From Auanema rhodensis (lineage: Eukaryota > Animalia > Nematoda), in NCBI GenBank assembly GCA_964057225.1, contig OZ059897.1:8184001-8248000 (forward strand): a DNA stretch of 64,000 nucleotides. Direction: 5' to 3'. The notes beneath the pieces are model-generated. The model was not told where the DNA came from. It was given only the letters and a program-made list of their open reading frames with translations, and made no database searches. Positions 29,371-43,954 of the stretch are shown here, one piece after another. The position numbers and the translations under genes are program-made. Each line of letters opens with the position of its first letter. Within the stretch, counting starts at the first letter, position 1.

Positions 29371-32347
29371 AAAAGAAAAAAATTATTTTGAAAATGAAGA
29401 AACCGTATATGTAATGAGGATAATCCGAGCAAAACGAAAATGAGAGAATGACTTGAAAGATGGATAGAGATAGAGGACTATGACAAAGACAGAAAAAGAT
29501 GGAGTAAACTAAGTAGAAGTAAGAAAAGCTGTAATCCGTTATTACGAAGAACTTTCTGCTAACACTTGGTTTGCATAAAACTAGATCAAGATCATCTATA
29601 CTATTGGTGTAGAATGGAAGGATTATTACATGTAAGTATAAATGAAATAGTCTAAGCTAAAAGTTGCTGCCCGACGAGATTCGCAAATTTCATTGTAAAA
29701 TTCAATAATATCTCGAAAATCATCAGGTATGACTGCTTGCTCATATTTCGAAATTAGTATATAATCAAGCAAATAAAAATATTTTCAGACAAGAATTATG
29801 ATAAGACGAGCGGAAGTAGGGACTATCTGTGAAAATGAAATGATATGATGATAATGATAATGATGAAGTAAAAATGATAACGTTAGAATAAGAGAGAGAA
29901 AGAAAAGAGAAAAATAAAAAAGTCTAATGAGGTAATAACTAGAAGAGAATATGTATAAAAGAGAGAGAGAGAGAGAGAGAGGGGAAAGAGATACAGAGAG
30001 ATGAAGAAGATTAATTTAAATGACACAAGCGACACAAAGAAGTTAGAGAGATAGGACATGGACACCTAAACACAGAAGATAGAGAATATTAACATGAAGT
30101 ATACAGATATAATCAGATGAATATGAATGGAGTTTCTTCATCGAGCAACATGCGAAAATAGAAGAGAAAGAGAGATGAATGAGATAGAAAATGGGTGAGT
30201 AAGTGAAGAGATTTTGGTACTTAGAAGCAAAAAAATATAGAAGAGTTAAGAACTAAGACGATATCAATAGTAGTGCCAGACTTCTATTTTCGAAAAACCT
30301 TTAGAGATTTACTCGACTTTCGTGGCTATAACGGAGGGAAAAGCTATGTCTGCTTTTCCCTTTTAGGTCGATACTGCGACAGAACGGACGGAGATGTGGG
30401 CAAAGGAAAGAAGGAAGAGACAGGAAGAGCAGAGAGGACAAATGCATTGGAAGTTGACGAAGGAAAAGAAGAAGAAGCTGAGAAGAAGAAGGAAAAGCAG
30501 AAAGAAGAGAAGAAGAAGCAGAAGAAACTACTGAAGAGTAGAGTCAAGAAATCCATCTAAGATTCACCCTCTATACGTAGGTAAGTGCTTTCCCAAGGCT
30601 TTCATTCCCTCGTTGGATACAGCTATACTCCGTTTGGTCAATGCTAGAAGTATTTGAGAAGAACAACCATCGTCAGCTTGCCTTCATTCGCTCAAATCAA
30701 TGAAAACTTTTTAGAATAATCGAGCATGTGAATAGAAATAGAAGATGATTTGAAAGTTTTGATTTCCGATCAGTCTCAAACTATAAACGGAAAAAGTAAA
30801 TCAGTTTATTACTTCAAGCTATAAGCAACAATGTTTGAAAAAAAAGCTGTAGGTGTTGGTCATGTTGTTCGAAATAACTTAAGGCTTGGAGGGTAGTTCA
30901 AACACATGTTAAACAGCTTGACGATGGGATGCTTTACTTCTATGACAACACAGAAGAACAATGCTTTTCGCACACTTTTAAGCATTAATTGAAAGTTTTG
31001 AAAAGAAAAATGTAAATTATTTGATAAAAAAGAATGGAGGACCAAGGAATATGTGGTTAATAAGTGGGTGGACAAGAAAATACACATAGAAAGCGATACG
31101 AGCTCACTTGGAAGCTTTCAATCAGCTAATTATTTAATTGAACTTAACGATTTATTGCAACAGGAAACGAAATATTTAATTTAGGCCCTGGAAATGCTTT
31201 TCATCTTCCAACTTTAGCCTAGAAGCCAGCAGAAAATAAATAATGAAATTCGAGCAGAAAACTAATAGAAAAAATATTTGTAATAGCTAGAAATAGGTAT
31301 GTGGTAGGTGAAACACAACCGTTTATCGGGTCTAAAGTGTGAAAAATGCAGTTGTGCTTGCGTGACTTGGCGTGATCAGGTGGAAATATATGGAAATCAT
31401 GCAGATGAGATGTTCACGTGGATTTTAGTAAGCGAGGCATGCCACGTAAAAGTACAAAACATTTTAAGTTTTAAGCTTAGCAAAGTAACAAGTTGATTAC
31501 TACTCGTTGGTCTTCAGCCTAAAATATCAACTAAGCCAGATAGCCATCATACAAGATAGAAGATGGTCTACTAGTCAATGCCGCTTATTTCGCTTTCTCC
31601 GAGAGAAGGACTGAGAAGAAGAAGGAAAATGAGCAGAAGCAGGAAAAAGCATTGAGCGTATGATAGAAAATGAGGAAGAGAGTAGAAGAGAAAGTTAATC
31701 TGAACACTATATGGAAGCGGAATACAGCAGAACGAAGACACCACGACTACATATTGAGCTTTAACGAACATATATCGAAATAATGAATGGAAGCCATAAA
31801 TGAAAATGGTTGCTTCATAGAATAGATGGACCACCCTCCTCCGTTCATCCCGATGCTTTCGTTCATCTCGTCTCGACGCTTTTCAGGTCTTCAAACGAGA
31901 AAAGTAAGCGAAATGTGGGAGGAGTTTGGCACAAGCCGATGAGGTTTCTTGGGATGTAACTAAGAGAGTTAAAAGAAGAAGACACAGAAGTAGAATGAGA
32001 GAAGACACATCTAAGAGTCCGCGGGACGGAAAATGAAGAAGACGGGAGTAATTGAGGCGTTGAAAGGCTCAAGTCATGAAATGACAAGGCTCGCAGCAAG
32101 ACCATGAGACGTTAAACTAAGGATAACAGACGTCAAAGATATGGATGAATACACTCCTGAATGCAGGCACGCGCGCAAGAGTGCTTGGAAGTAAACTTAA
32201 AGCTCGTTTAGCTTATAAGATGTAATTCACGAGATTAATTTTTCGTCATAACACATAAAATGGAAAATAAAAATGGTTGGCGAGTGTTGTAAGCTTACTG
32301 ACCATTTATGGATAGGAAAATAGAGAGAGAGGGAGAGAGAGGGAGAG

Positions 32348-32378
<31 letters not shown>

Positions 32379-33760
32379 ATAATACAGAGGACTTGAAATT
32401 CAACATTCACGAAATTGTCAATCGAAAAGACGGTTTTAAAGAAGATAAACAGAAAAACAACAACAAAAAAAAGAAGGACAATGAGAATAAGTAAGGAGGA
32501 GAAGAGCAAATGAACAAAACCGACGACTAAAAGAGAGGAATTCTGACAAAGTTCACGCCACCAAAAGACAAGAATAAAATGAAAATTTTAAAGAAAATGC
32601 TACGGAAATGGAAGAGAAGGTAAAATTTTAAATGATCCGACTAAGACATACAAATCGCTACGAGATGCAGACAACTAAATACAAAGAATAAGCCAAGAAA
32701 GCTTGAGAATTACCTTCAATTCGACATATGTTTATTAGTTCTCTGTTCTTTTGTTATTCACTCGCACACAATGAAGCTATGCTACCTCTGTCTCCAACTC
32801 TACAGCTTCCAGCTCCCCTTCCTCACTCTCACCCCGTGCTTCTATCCCTATTTCATGTTTTCTCTCTATCCTCTCCATATGGCTGCTTACTCTTTAGTCA
32901 CATTTCTTGTTCTTTTACTAGCCAACTTGTGCAGATTAATGCCTTTTTGAGCTGTCTCAAATATAATCTCATATTCATGATGTTAAATTTCAACAGCATT
33001 GCTAGCAACAGGTGTGTACATGCGTGTGTGTGTGTGTGTGTATGAGTGTGTATATTTCCTTAGAACATTGGATGTTTACATCGTTGCATCCTCTTCATCG
33101 TTCTGTACATTTCTCAGTCTTCATCTACTTCATCTACTTCATCTTCTTCTGGCACACCCCTTTTGAAGTTGACCTAGCATGTCCTGATACAACTGAAGTA
33201 CTACCTACATTCAGTTATTATTCCAATTGTTTTGTGTAAAACCTTGAAATGTTTTTCATCATATTTGGTATTAAGTCATTCATTGATTTTCTGGATGACT
33301 CTAGATATGAGGATCCTTGCTTTGAAAAGAAAAATGACAATAATCGTAATAAAAAAAAATAATAATAATATAGATAACCATAATATAAATAAAAAAAACG
33401 ACAACATTATTCTGGGAATAACAAAATCTTATGATTCTATATGTTGGAAACGGATAATGGGAAGATGAAGGGACATAAGACTGTAGATTGAAGTACTAAA
33501 GCAGGCTGGGGCTCCATGCCCAATTACGATATGATTTGGAAGAAACACAGGTAGAAGTAGTACAATGAAATGAAAGACTGAACTCTGTAAAAGCATGCAC
33601 AACATCCAAAAATAAAAAAAAGAGGCATGAAGGTAGAATATACTGAATGAACGGAATGGCATTGCTTGATGTGACAATTGAAGAAGAAGAATCAGAATAA
33701 GTTCAAGAATATGAATATCGTTAAGTTAAAAAAGACAAATATTGCAATTAATTGAAAATT

Positions 33761-36258
33761 TCAAACTCTAGTTAAGTCTGGATGATATGAGACATCAAGG
33801 CAGTCAACAATTTTTGAATCACATTTGAGAATATCAAAAAAGGTAATCATTACATATGAATTGATCAATACATTTACTTGTTCCTGAAATTAGAAAACTA
33901 TAAATATGTTGAGAGAAATGCTGAAGAAGTAAGCTGATATTTCAATTATTCTCTCATCTACTATATAAAGATATTCAATTTCATGCTGACGACATGCTCT
34001 ATTTGATATCAACTTCAAGCTTCCAGGTAAAATTATTTCAGTATAAAGAAGGGTATTCTAGAGCTCTTCTTTGTAATAAATCAAATTATTGCCATTGAAA
34101 CATGCTTCAATTCATCTTTTTTTCTCCAAAAAAAAAAGATGGAAATCGAAAAAAACTAAAGAGCCAAAAAAATACTGAGCATCGGAAAAGAAAAAAAAAG
34201 ATTCCCTGCCAGCCGGAACCTTCTTTCCCACTTTTTTGAATTTTAAATAAACTCACGATTATATAATTCATGGAAAGAATTAGTGCTCCTAAACGTTGTG
34301 CTGGATCTTCCCCACGATCTAAGCATAGACGATAAAGTGCAGATATAATTATATTTCTCTGCTCACAACAAATACGTCGACCATTTCCTGACAACTTATA
34401 AAAACCTGAAATCATGCTGTGTTCAGTTATTCAGTTTCTTTTCTTCTTTTTTTCATTTTCATTGTTTTGTGTTTTGAAACAAAAAAACCAACAAATATAG
34501 AGCAAAAATATGTATTTATGAGGTTGTGGGAAAATAAAAACTGACTGATCTGCCATATAGTGAGAACTTTGAGCAATGAAAATTCTTCGAAAGAGACATT
34601 AAGCTCATGGAAAGGTATTGCCATATACTTCCATTGTCGATGCTTGATTGGCATTAAGGACCTGGAAAATCATTATCATCATATCAAAAAGTTTATAAAG
34701 CTTTCTGTTTATCATACTTGTACTTAATGTAATCTTGTGACGTTTGAAACAGATTTTCTGCTCCTTCTTCCTCGCCAGATAACGGTAGAGGATTCATTGA
34801 TAGATATTCTCCGTTAAATAGAATAAGAAGAGAATCTTTAATTCCTAAGCGAGAAGTATAATAAGCTGAATTGATCATACAATCTACAGCGCAGCTAAAC
34901 CTATAGACGACGTTCTGAAAAACAAAATCTTTAATTTCAGCTATTAGGTGATAACGAGCTAGATAGTTGACAACAATCATATCAAGCTAAACGCCGAAAA
35001 ATACCTTTTCCGGTGTAGTTAAGTCTTCAAAACCCTTTATAGCTCTTGTAAAATCATATAGCATAATGAAATCAGCTCGATCAAATCCAGAAAATGTGCG
35101 ATAATCAAACGGACGTAAATGTATTTTTTCATATGGCTGTAATGAGCGGCTATAAGAGGATTTTTAAAAATAAAGATTTATTTTGAAACTTACACATTCA
35201 CATAAACAGCTGAATACGTCTCTCATACGTACTTCTGTATACATCATACGGCGACGATCATTCATGGTTGCTTCAAGTTTTACGTGATAATCGATTACAG
35301 CTGCACTGTATGCATCATCATATTCAAAAGCTGCAAAAATGATCGCACTGAACGCTGTTACTTTGTACTAGCACGTAAACGCGCAGAAACAAAACATACA
35401 CGGAGCTGATATTATAGTTCGTGATTGTATTTCGGGACTCTGGCTAGTTGACGGCTGTTCGCATGATTCCGGTGATGTAACCTGCGTTGTCGTACCGGAA
35501 GAGGTGTAACGCAATCGTCCGCAGACTGTCCGCTTATTGGCAGAATTGCTATCAGATGTACCTACAACTGGACCATCTTCGCGTTTAGCTTGAACCACTG
35601 AAAGCTGAATGTTGACAAAATTGTTCAGAAAACATCCAAAAATATGCATACAATCTCTATTCATGCCAGCGCGAAGACATTTCAGAAAGCGACACTGACG
35701 ACATAGCATTCGAAGTTCTAAAACCTGGACAGTAGGAGAACGAAATTTGTGAAAGAACCAAAATTACCATGGTGTATTCGACATATAGTTAAGCCACCAT
35801 TAATACATTCATAACCCATATTCATAGAGACAGTTCTTCGAAAAAAAGCGGCACAAGCCTTGAATAATACTAATTAAAAACAAAACCAAAATAACATCAT
35901 GATTATGCAACTCTATGGCTAATATGCACAAATATGTTGCAAATAGGTTAACAGTAAATTAGCATAAAATGACACTTTTAACACATCAGTTTCATTTGTT
36001 TAAGATAGCGCGTGCAGAGCGGTTGGTTTTAGTCAGCTAAGATAGGAATTCATTTAAAGTTCTTTGAACAGTTTATCAAATCATGATATGAACTGGAGCA
36101 AACTTTTCTTTTTAAAGACGTTTAAATGCAAAAATGCAAAATGAAAGAAAAATAAAAGAAGAAAATATTAAATAAGTTAAACAAACCTTGCAAGATCGGC
36201 CACCAAAATGTAGTGTGGTAGCATTTGGAGAATCACAGACCTCACAGTCAAATGACAT
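33761..36258 (-). CDS. Nuclear hormone receptor (nematode supplementary NHR, C4 zinc fingers plus ligand-binding domain)
   Basis: [30 protein letters not shown] (P-box CKACAA), C..CRIHHELRMLCRQCRFLKCLRAGM and an LBD with EEFSLLKVL and AQRLGALIL. Stop TGA 33761-33763. Further 5' exons are possible. Confidence 0.92.
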
Positions 36259-37933
36259 TCTGAAGTATAAAATGAAATAATGAAATATTGTAAGAAGCGA
36301 ACTATATAAATAAGAATAAATAAGGAACAATTATATAACTATGATTTATCGTTCCTAGTTTTCCGGTACGATATGAAAATCAAAGATATCGAGCAAGAAT
36401 CAAACACACCCAAGTAGTAGCAAACTCTCATTCTCTATCTCTCTCTCTCTATCTTCTTAGCTATCTATATGATTATCTATCTATTTATCACTCTTTTCTT
36501 ACATAATTTGCCACTCCTTATTTCTCGATGTTTCCTTGTTTCGATTCTGATTGTCTTTCTCAATCTCTCTACTTCAAACTCCTTTTCTGGTGCTCCAATC
36601 AATATAAAAGAAAAAATCGTCTGTACACAGAAGAAGATAAAATTCTACGTGGTTAAGAGGACCGAGATAATAATAAGAAAGGCTGAGACAAGAGCCAACG
36701 ATAAGTCTACTTAAAAGGTTAGAATGTTAGTAAAAGGAACCACCACAACGTAGAAGAAGAAAAAGACGAAGAAGAAGAAGAAGAAGATGATGATGTTGAT
36801 GAAGTAAATATAAGCAAAAAGGGCAAAACGAAGAAAGTAATAAAGAAGCCAGAGAAACTGAATGCGTTATATGACTTTCAGGAGCAAAAGCTATTCATCA
36901 TCACTGCATGTGAAGATTTGTTAGATTTCGTCTAACTATAAAATAAAAAAATATATTTATATATGGAATAGAGGATAAAATATAAAGAAAAAAGTACATA
37001 TTGAACATCGAATGATCACGCAATTTCATGCCGAAAGACTATAGTTAAGTCTTCAGTCCTCAATGAGACCATCATTCCGTATTCTTCTCCATCTATCTTT
37101 CTCAAACTTTCGCTCCATCTCTTTCTGTCTCTTTCTCTCCACTCTTCGAACCCGGTCTATTTTCATCTTCTCGTTCTCTTCCTTGTTCTTCATAGCAATT
37201 AGCCTATACAGTTTGACTAATTCCAACTGAACAGATAACCTGATTGGTCGCAATCACTTCATATGAATCTGATGTGACTTCAAGAATCTGATCAAGAGAA
37301 CAACTCCTATTTTGCAATTACTACTGCACAATATGTTGCTTCGTCGTGCTGGCGCGCATCGTCGAACATCCATAGGACGACGATCATTTTTCGCTGACGT
37401 CATGCCACCCATTAGGTAGTCAATAGACAAGATAGCAAATGTACCAAAAACGAATCTATTGATCATGTACTTTGTACCTATTTGGCTGGTTTTTAAGTTG
37501 CGACGACATGTCGTTCGATTCTACTGAAGATTTTTAGAGAGAGAAACGAGATATAAAGGAAATAGATAAGATCAAAAAGATTAACAACACTGAAAACATA
37601 TGTCAGATATATATTTTAGAAATTAATTTTTATTTCAAAAAATAAAAAAAACAGAAATCGTTAGTAAATGTCAAATTGAAAATTAAATCCTTGATAAATA
37701 TCTGTTACTGATAAGACAAAACCCAGAAGAAAAAGTCATCTGTGTCATCTAGTCTAACAGTTGAGTATGCAGAACGGCAATCAAAAATAGCTGATTTTGT
37801 TGAAAGGAGAGGAATATTTAAGATCAAACTACGAGTGAAATAGAAAAAAAACGTGACAAAACTAACTAGAAAAGAAATAAACAAAAAGTAAATCAGCAGA
37901 AGGAAAGAGGTAGAGAGCAAGAAAATGAGCAAA

Positions 37934-38031
37934 AGAGAGAGAGAGAGAGAGAGAGATAAAGAAAGAGAGAGAGAAAGAAAGAGAGAGAGAGAAAGAGAGA
38001 GAGAGAAAGAGAGAGAGAGAAAGAGAGAGAG
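37934..38031 (+). repeat. (GA)n/(GAAA) purine tract in the nhr-dhs divergent intergenic region
   Basis: Directly visible. Confidence 0.9.
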
Positions 38032-39104
38032 AATTGTATAACAGAAAACTGAGCAGAAACTCTTGTTATAGCCATTTCTTAATACTTTTAGTTGATGTTC
38101 AAGATTCTTAGTACGAAAATATAAGTATTGATAAGATAAAGATTATTGGCCAACGGTCAAAAAGATAAAGCTGATTAGAAATGTTCAAATATTTGACATT
38201 AACATAGATATATCTCAATTATATATATATAAATATATGTAAATACTACTTATATTGAAAAATATAGAAAACAATATGCTTTGTATGGAATTTATAAAAG
38301 AGAAAAGAAATAACATATAACTCTTAATACTACAAATGTTAGAATTACGAACTATAATAGACTTATTTCAAATATTTTTTGTAAAACATTCGAATGGAAC
38401 AAGTTTGTTTGAATAGTAATTCTTGCGAATCTAAATTAAAATTAGAAAAGATATGATTAAAACATATTTATTTGTCTATATATGTACATGTATATTATAA
38501 TAAAAATCTAGAAAATAGTGTTCAAAGCTACAATTTTCTTGTAATTTTTCAAATTTCCGAGGTCAAACTGAGAACATGAATAGGTGGTGAAACATCAACG
38601 AGGAAGAAGGGTGCAAAAGCAGCTTCTAATAGTTCTAACATCATAATTATTTACAACGATTAACTATAAAAGGGCAAAAAAGTATGAAGAATATCAATAA
38701 CGTTTTTAAATTTAACTTGTAAACATGTTTAAACTATAAGTTATATTCTTGTATTGCGTCGTCGTTGAGCAATACTTACTCCTGTCTCGCAACTGTTGTT
38801 ATGTTAACCGTTTTTGACTAGTTTTCTGTTGTATTTGAGTGTACTTTAGTAAAATACACATCTATTTCTATGCTATATAATATATAAATTAGATAATGTT
38901 ACGTTTTATCATTTCATTGTTCTTTTCAAAATCTTCTATTAAGTTTATATATTTTTTAAATTATGTGTTCAATTATATCAGCTATGAATGAGGATGAATT
39001 TATGTATTTCTGTTTCCGTCTTTGTAAACTGATAAGAAGCTCAATTATCGATGACATGAAGAATTATTTGATGCTAACCGAATTAATATGTTTTAAGACT
39101 GAAA

Positions 39105-40678
39105 ATGAAACCACTTTCCGGAAAAGTTGCTCTAGTAACCGGAGCTAGTCGCGGAATTGGTTTGGATAAGATAATTGTAACTGTTTAATAAATTTTACCT
39201 GCTAACAGGAAGAGGAATTGCTTTACAACTTGGACAATCAGGAGCACTAGTATACATAACAGGACGTAAACCAGGAACTAGCTTAACAAGCACTTTTAAG
39301 GAATTGCCATCACTTCAGAAAACAGCAGAAGGTATGCTACTGAATATACGTTATCATTATTTTTGATTAAAGAAATTTCTCATCGTGATGCCGAATGTAT
39401 ACCAGTCTATTGTGATCATTCCAATCCTGATGAAGTTAAAGCTCTGTTCGATAAAATCGATCGTGAAAACAATGGCAAATTAGATATACTAGTTAATAAC
39501 GCATATTCAGCTGCTAATGTAAGTATTTTATTGTATTTTTTAAATTTCTTAACTAATTTCTGAAAGTTAGCTATAGTTTGTAGTATATTGCCTCCTTTTT
39601 TATCCAAGAAAAACAACCGTTTTGTGCAAACTCAAGGAATAAAATGAGTTAAAGCTTTACGCACGTGATGCACGCAGGGTTTTTGTTTTGCCGAACAAAC
39701 GTCACGTGAAAATGAAAAGCTACATTTTCACGTCTCAACTAAAAAAATGACCAACAAAAAATTAATTTTATAACTCTGTTTTCAAAATATTTATTTGTTT
39801 ACTTGAATAGGAAATTGGTGAAAATGCTTCGAAAAAGTTTTATGATTTGGATCCAATGTTTTGGGATTCGGTCAATAATGTTGGTTTAAGAAATAATTAT
39901 ATTTGCTGTACGCTGGCAGCTAAGCTGATGGTACCCAGGAAGTAGGTTTTATTGAGTATTGATCTTACGAAAAAAGTAAATTTAATGATAAAATCTATAA
40001 TAGATCTGGTTTAATTGTGAATATTTCTTCACTTGGTGGTGCACACTATGCTTTCAATGTAGCATACGGAGTGGGAAAAGCCGCGGTAAATGATCATGAA
40101 GCATATTCAGATCATAAGGATTAAATGATTATAGGTTGATAGATTGACAACAGATATGGCTTTTGAACTAGAAGGAACTGATGTAAGCATTGTCACTCTC
40201 TATCCTGGAATAGTAAAAACGGAAATGACGGAAGTGTTCAATGAAAGTGGAGCTATCAAGAGCATGATGAACAACATGCCTCAAGTAGACACGAAAAATG
40301 AAATACTCTCTAAATAATATAATTTCAGGATCAAATTGATGCCACGCTACAGAACTGTGAGTCATCTGAGTTTTGCGGCAAAGGAATAGTTGCTCTAGCT
40401 GCTGATCCGAAAGTTAATCGCAAAAGCGGCAAAATAGTTTTTACATCAGATCTTGCAAGAGAATATAAATTCAAAGACACCAATGGTGAATATATGAGTT
40501 CCATTCCAAGTTTTAAAGTATTGTTTTTTTAGGAAAACTTCCTACCAACTCGAAGTCCATAGCAACTCTACTGAGATTGAGCGGATGGCCTAGACTTGCC
40601 TCCTTTATACCATCATGTCTCAATGTCCCAACATTCATATTTCACATAATTTCATATAAATTTTATAAAATTTTGTAA
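39105..40678 (+). CDS. Short-chain dehydrogenase/reductase, DHRS1-like (dhs-9/dhs-26 family)
   Basis: GKVALVTGASRGIGRGIALQLG, CDHS, LDILVNNAY, NNVGLRNNY, IVNISSLGG and catalytic YGVGKAA, then ESSEFCGKGIVALAADP. Stop 40676-40678. Confidence 0.93.
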
Positions 40679-41363
40679 ATAAATCTGACGATGTTAAAGT
40701 AAATGCTTGTATGATTTCAGCCATTCACCAAAATATGTATATTTCGATTGTATAAAAGTTTTTTTTACTGATGATTTTAGTTGAAAGACATTGAAAAAGA
40801 ATAAATGTTGATAACCTTTGAATGGAAATGATTGTAATGAAAATTGTTCGAAACAAACATTTTTAGAGAAAAGATTAATGAGCTATCAGAAGCTTTTGTC
40901 TCTCTCTCACTCTCTCTTACCTTTAGATTCCAAGAAAAGAATAGAACAAAAACTGACTATTATCATAAACTGCCCCGCTTTTGTCTAACCCCATTGACTT
41001 CGGTCTCTAAGGTGCCTTTGATAGTTTACTTAACTATCTCTACATGCTATCTTCTTCAATTTCAGACAATGACCTTGTTTTGATGTCCCCCTCCCACTTC
41101 TGCCATAACCGGTAGTTTTTCCTTATATTGCCTGGCTTTTAAATCACCTTTTTTTCATCTCATTGTATTCACACCTTTCAATCTGTGATGTGTTGTGGCT
41201 GAACTTTTTCTGCCCAAGTATTCCTTGTTATTAGACTATATTACTCTGTAGATTCTAAAACCCTTTTTCTTCTTTATTTAATCTTATTTCCCAATATTCT
41301 TCTTCTTTTCTTTTTTTTATTTGAAAAACATTTGATTAATCCAAAATCAAACATGATTATAGA

Positions 41364-42016
41364 ATGAAATTGTTCATCCTTGCCGTTCTTGCCACTGCCG
41401 TTGTTGCCCTTCCATTCGGAACTCATCAATCTGTTTCCGTCAAAGGAAAATTGACCTGTAATGGAGCTCCAGCTGAGAATGTTAAAGTAAAGCTGTACGA
41501 GACTGAAATCCGTGAGTTTCATGAGCATATTTAAATGAAATATACATACATGATTATCATTTAAGTTTTGGATAAGCTGTTGAGTGAGAAATTCTCTGAT
41601 GCTAATGGACAATTTACCATGGCAGGTACCAAGCAGGAAGTTACTAGCATTGACCCCAAAGTCAACATCTATCACAAATGTAACTATAGCGGAGTGAGTT
41701 ATAATTTGTTTTATTAATAAATAACATTTAAGTAAATATTATTTTAACTCAAAAGCATGAAAAAGATTACTGACCCCTCTATTTGCTTGTATGTTACTGT
41801 ATTTTTGTCTGTAACAACAACAACAACAGCAGCTAAAATAGAATGCTTATGCTGATGTAATTATGATATTAATTTCAGAAATGCTTCAAAAAGATCTCTA
41901 TCAAGATTCCAAAGAACTTCATTACTGAAGGAGAAAAGGCCGAGAAGACTTTCGATATCGGAGAGCTTAACCTTGCCGGAGCCTTCTCTGGAGAATCTAC
42001 TGATTGCTTCAACTAA
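41364..42016 (+). CDS. Transthyretin-like (TTR-52/DUF290 family) secreted protein, copy 1
   Basis: Signal peptide, QSVSVKGKLTCNG..VKVKLYE, IDPKVNIYHKCN and FDIGELNLAG..ESTDCFN; 3 exons. Confidence 0.93.
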
Positions 42017-43151
42017 TTTGTAAATATATAAATAAATTTTTTATAATTTTAAAAAATATATTTGATGAGTAATCTATTTACATAAGATGATTAGAACAAA
42101 GATTGTCGCATGATGTCAAGTGATCATTGATGATTATTGATCTTCACAAATACTATAAAACATATAATAATGACTAAATGAGATGTCAAGGTACTTACTA
42201 CTGACGAGAGATATTGAGAATCTTCTTTCTTTCTTTTTTTTTGAACATGAAAACCTGTACAAATCAAATATTATTGACTAATATTCATAAATAGGATGGT
42301 GAAATCATTTTGGTGACTCAACAAAATCAAAAAATCATATGTATTGGTCACATTGTGATCAGATCAAACTACTCACTACTAATGCTTCTGAAAATGATTT
42401 TTGTTCACATTGTGGTTTCTTTTTTCTTTTTTTAAAATAAAAATGACGTCAGATTTCTAGATAGATTCTGGTATGACATGCGCACACATACTCTCACAGA
42501 CACACATATGCTCAAACACAGACATATCCTTCCTGTATGACATACGAACAGAAGAAAATAGACATTCGGCATACATTGACATAGAAATGATGCTGTGTGA
42601 TTTTCACGTCTCTCAAAAAAAATCGGAAAGAATAGTTTAAAATGTTGATAAAATACTACAAATAATAAATGTAGATACACATATTTCATATAATATTTGT
42701 GCAAATCAAATGCCGAATTTTGGCTTCTCCTTCTTCTTCGGCATCGTAATCATCTTCATCTATCCACACCTTTGACTTCTTCTTCCTCTTCGTCTTCAGT
42801 GTGTAACAGTCAAATGGCAAAATCAAATATTGACTGCTTGGGAGGTTTTTTTCTTTTCGTGTCCTCACCCCTACCCCTCTTTTAGCTTACGATCTCTTAA
42901 CCTCCAATCCAGTTCACTCTCTGTTTCTCTTTTTCTGTTTCTCTCGCAATCAGACAAAGATGATAAACCGCACAACTTGTATGAAATTCAGGCCGATGTT
43001 GACTCATGGAGGTTGGCACATCAACAGGTATGTATATGCATATATAAACCTTTGGGCAAGCGGTACATTATACTTTCTGAGCTCTTTCAGTACATTATTT
43101 CTCCCTATTTCCAAAATAATATTTCGATATTCAACCATTTTTCTTCAGATA

Positions 43152-43699
43152 ATGTCATCCTCATCTATTCTCTGCATTCTTGTTGTCTCTAGCTGCTTAA
43201 TTTCAACATCAGCTCTTCTTGGAATAGGAAGAACTCAATCTGTTGCTGTTCAAGGTAGATTAATCTGTAACGGACAACCAGCTCAAAACATCAAAGTCAA
43301 GCTTTACGAGAAAGAAGCAAGTAAGTTTAGTTTTCTCTAGAATCTCATACATCATCCTTTATTCTATATTTATAATTCTATTTTTAGCCTTCGATGTGCT
43401 GTTAGATGAAGGTAAGAGTAACAACAATGGAGAATTCCGTTTGTCTGGATCCAAAACTGAAATTACTACCATCGATCCAAAGGTCAACCTTTACCACAAA
43501 TGTAACTACAATGGAGTAAGTATATCCACCTAATATCATCCATCAATCTCTTCTCTTTCAGCTTTGTTACAAGAAGATTGGAATTACCATCCCTGATAAC
43601 TACATCACCAAGGGAGCTAATCCACAAAAGGTTTACGATATTGGAACCTTGAACTTGGCCAACAAATATACTGGAGAAACAACTGATTGTCTTAACTAA
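43152..43699 (+). CDS. Transthyretin-like secreted protein, copy 2
   Basis: Signal peptide, GRTQSVAVQGRLICNGQPAQNIKVKLYE, IDPKVNLYHKCN and YDIGTLNLANKYTGETTDCLN; 3 exons. Confidence 0.93.
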
Positions 43700-43954
43700 G
43701 CCATATGCCAGTGGATGGTATTCAAGCCTATACTTCTCATTCCATCAATCTCATGTACTCATTTGCAAATAACTGTATCATGTTTATAAAACAAAATTTG
43801 TATATGAATTCCAGGTCAAAATAAATATTTTTCATTCAATTTGTCTTTTTTTTTATTTTAAATTTATGTTTTTTCAACAACAAAAAAATCAATTTACCTG
43901 ATCTTTCTAATACAAATACAGAGATTATTCAACCTCGTCAATTTGAGTACAAAA

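Noticed and set aside
30344-30580. Phe/Ser-rich minus ORF as the channel signal-peptide exon; plus-strand TTTTAG..AG|GTAAGT exon-like segment
   Set aside because: The minus ORF has no usable in-phase donor. The plus segment has stops in all three frames and is low complexity.
41274-41675. 133-aa minus-strand ORF
   Set aside because: Antisense to transthyretin-like copy 1.
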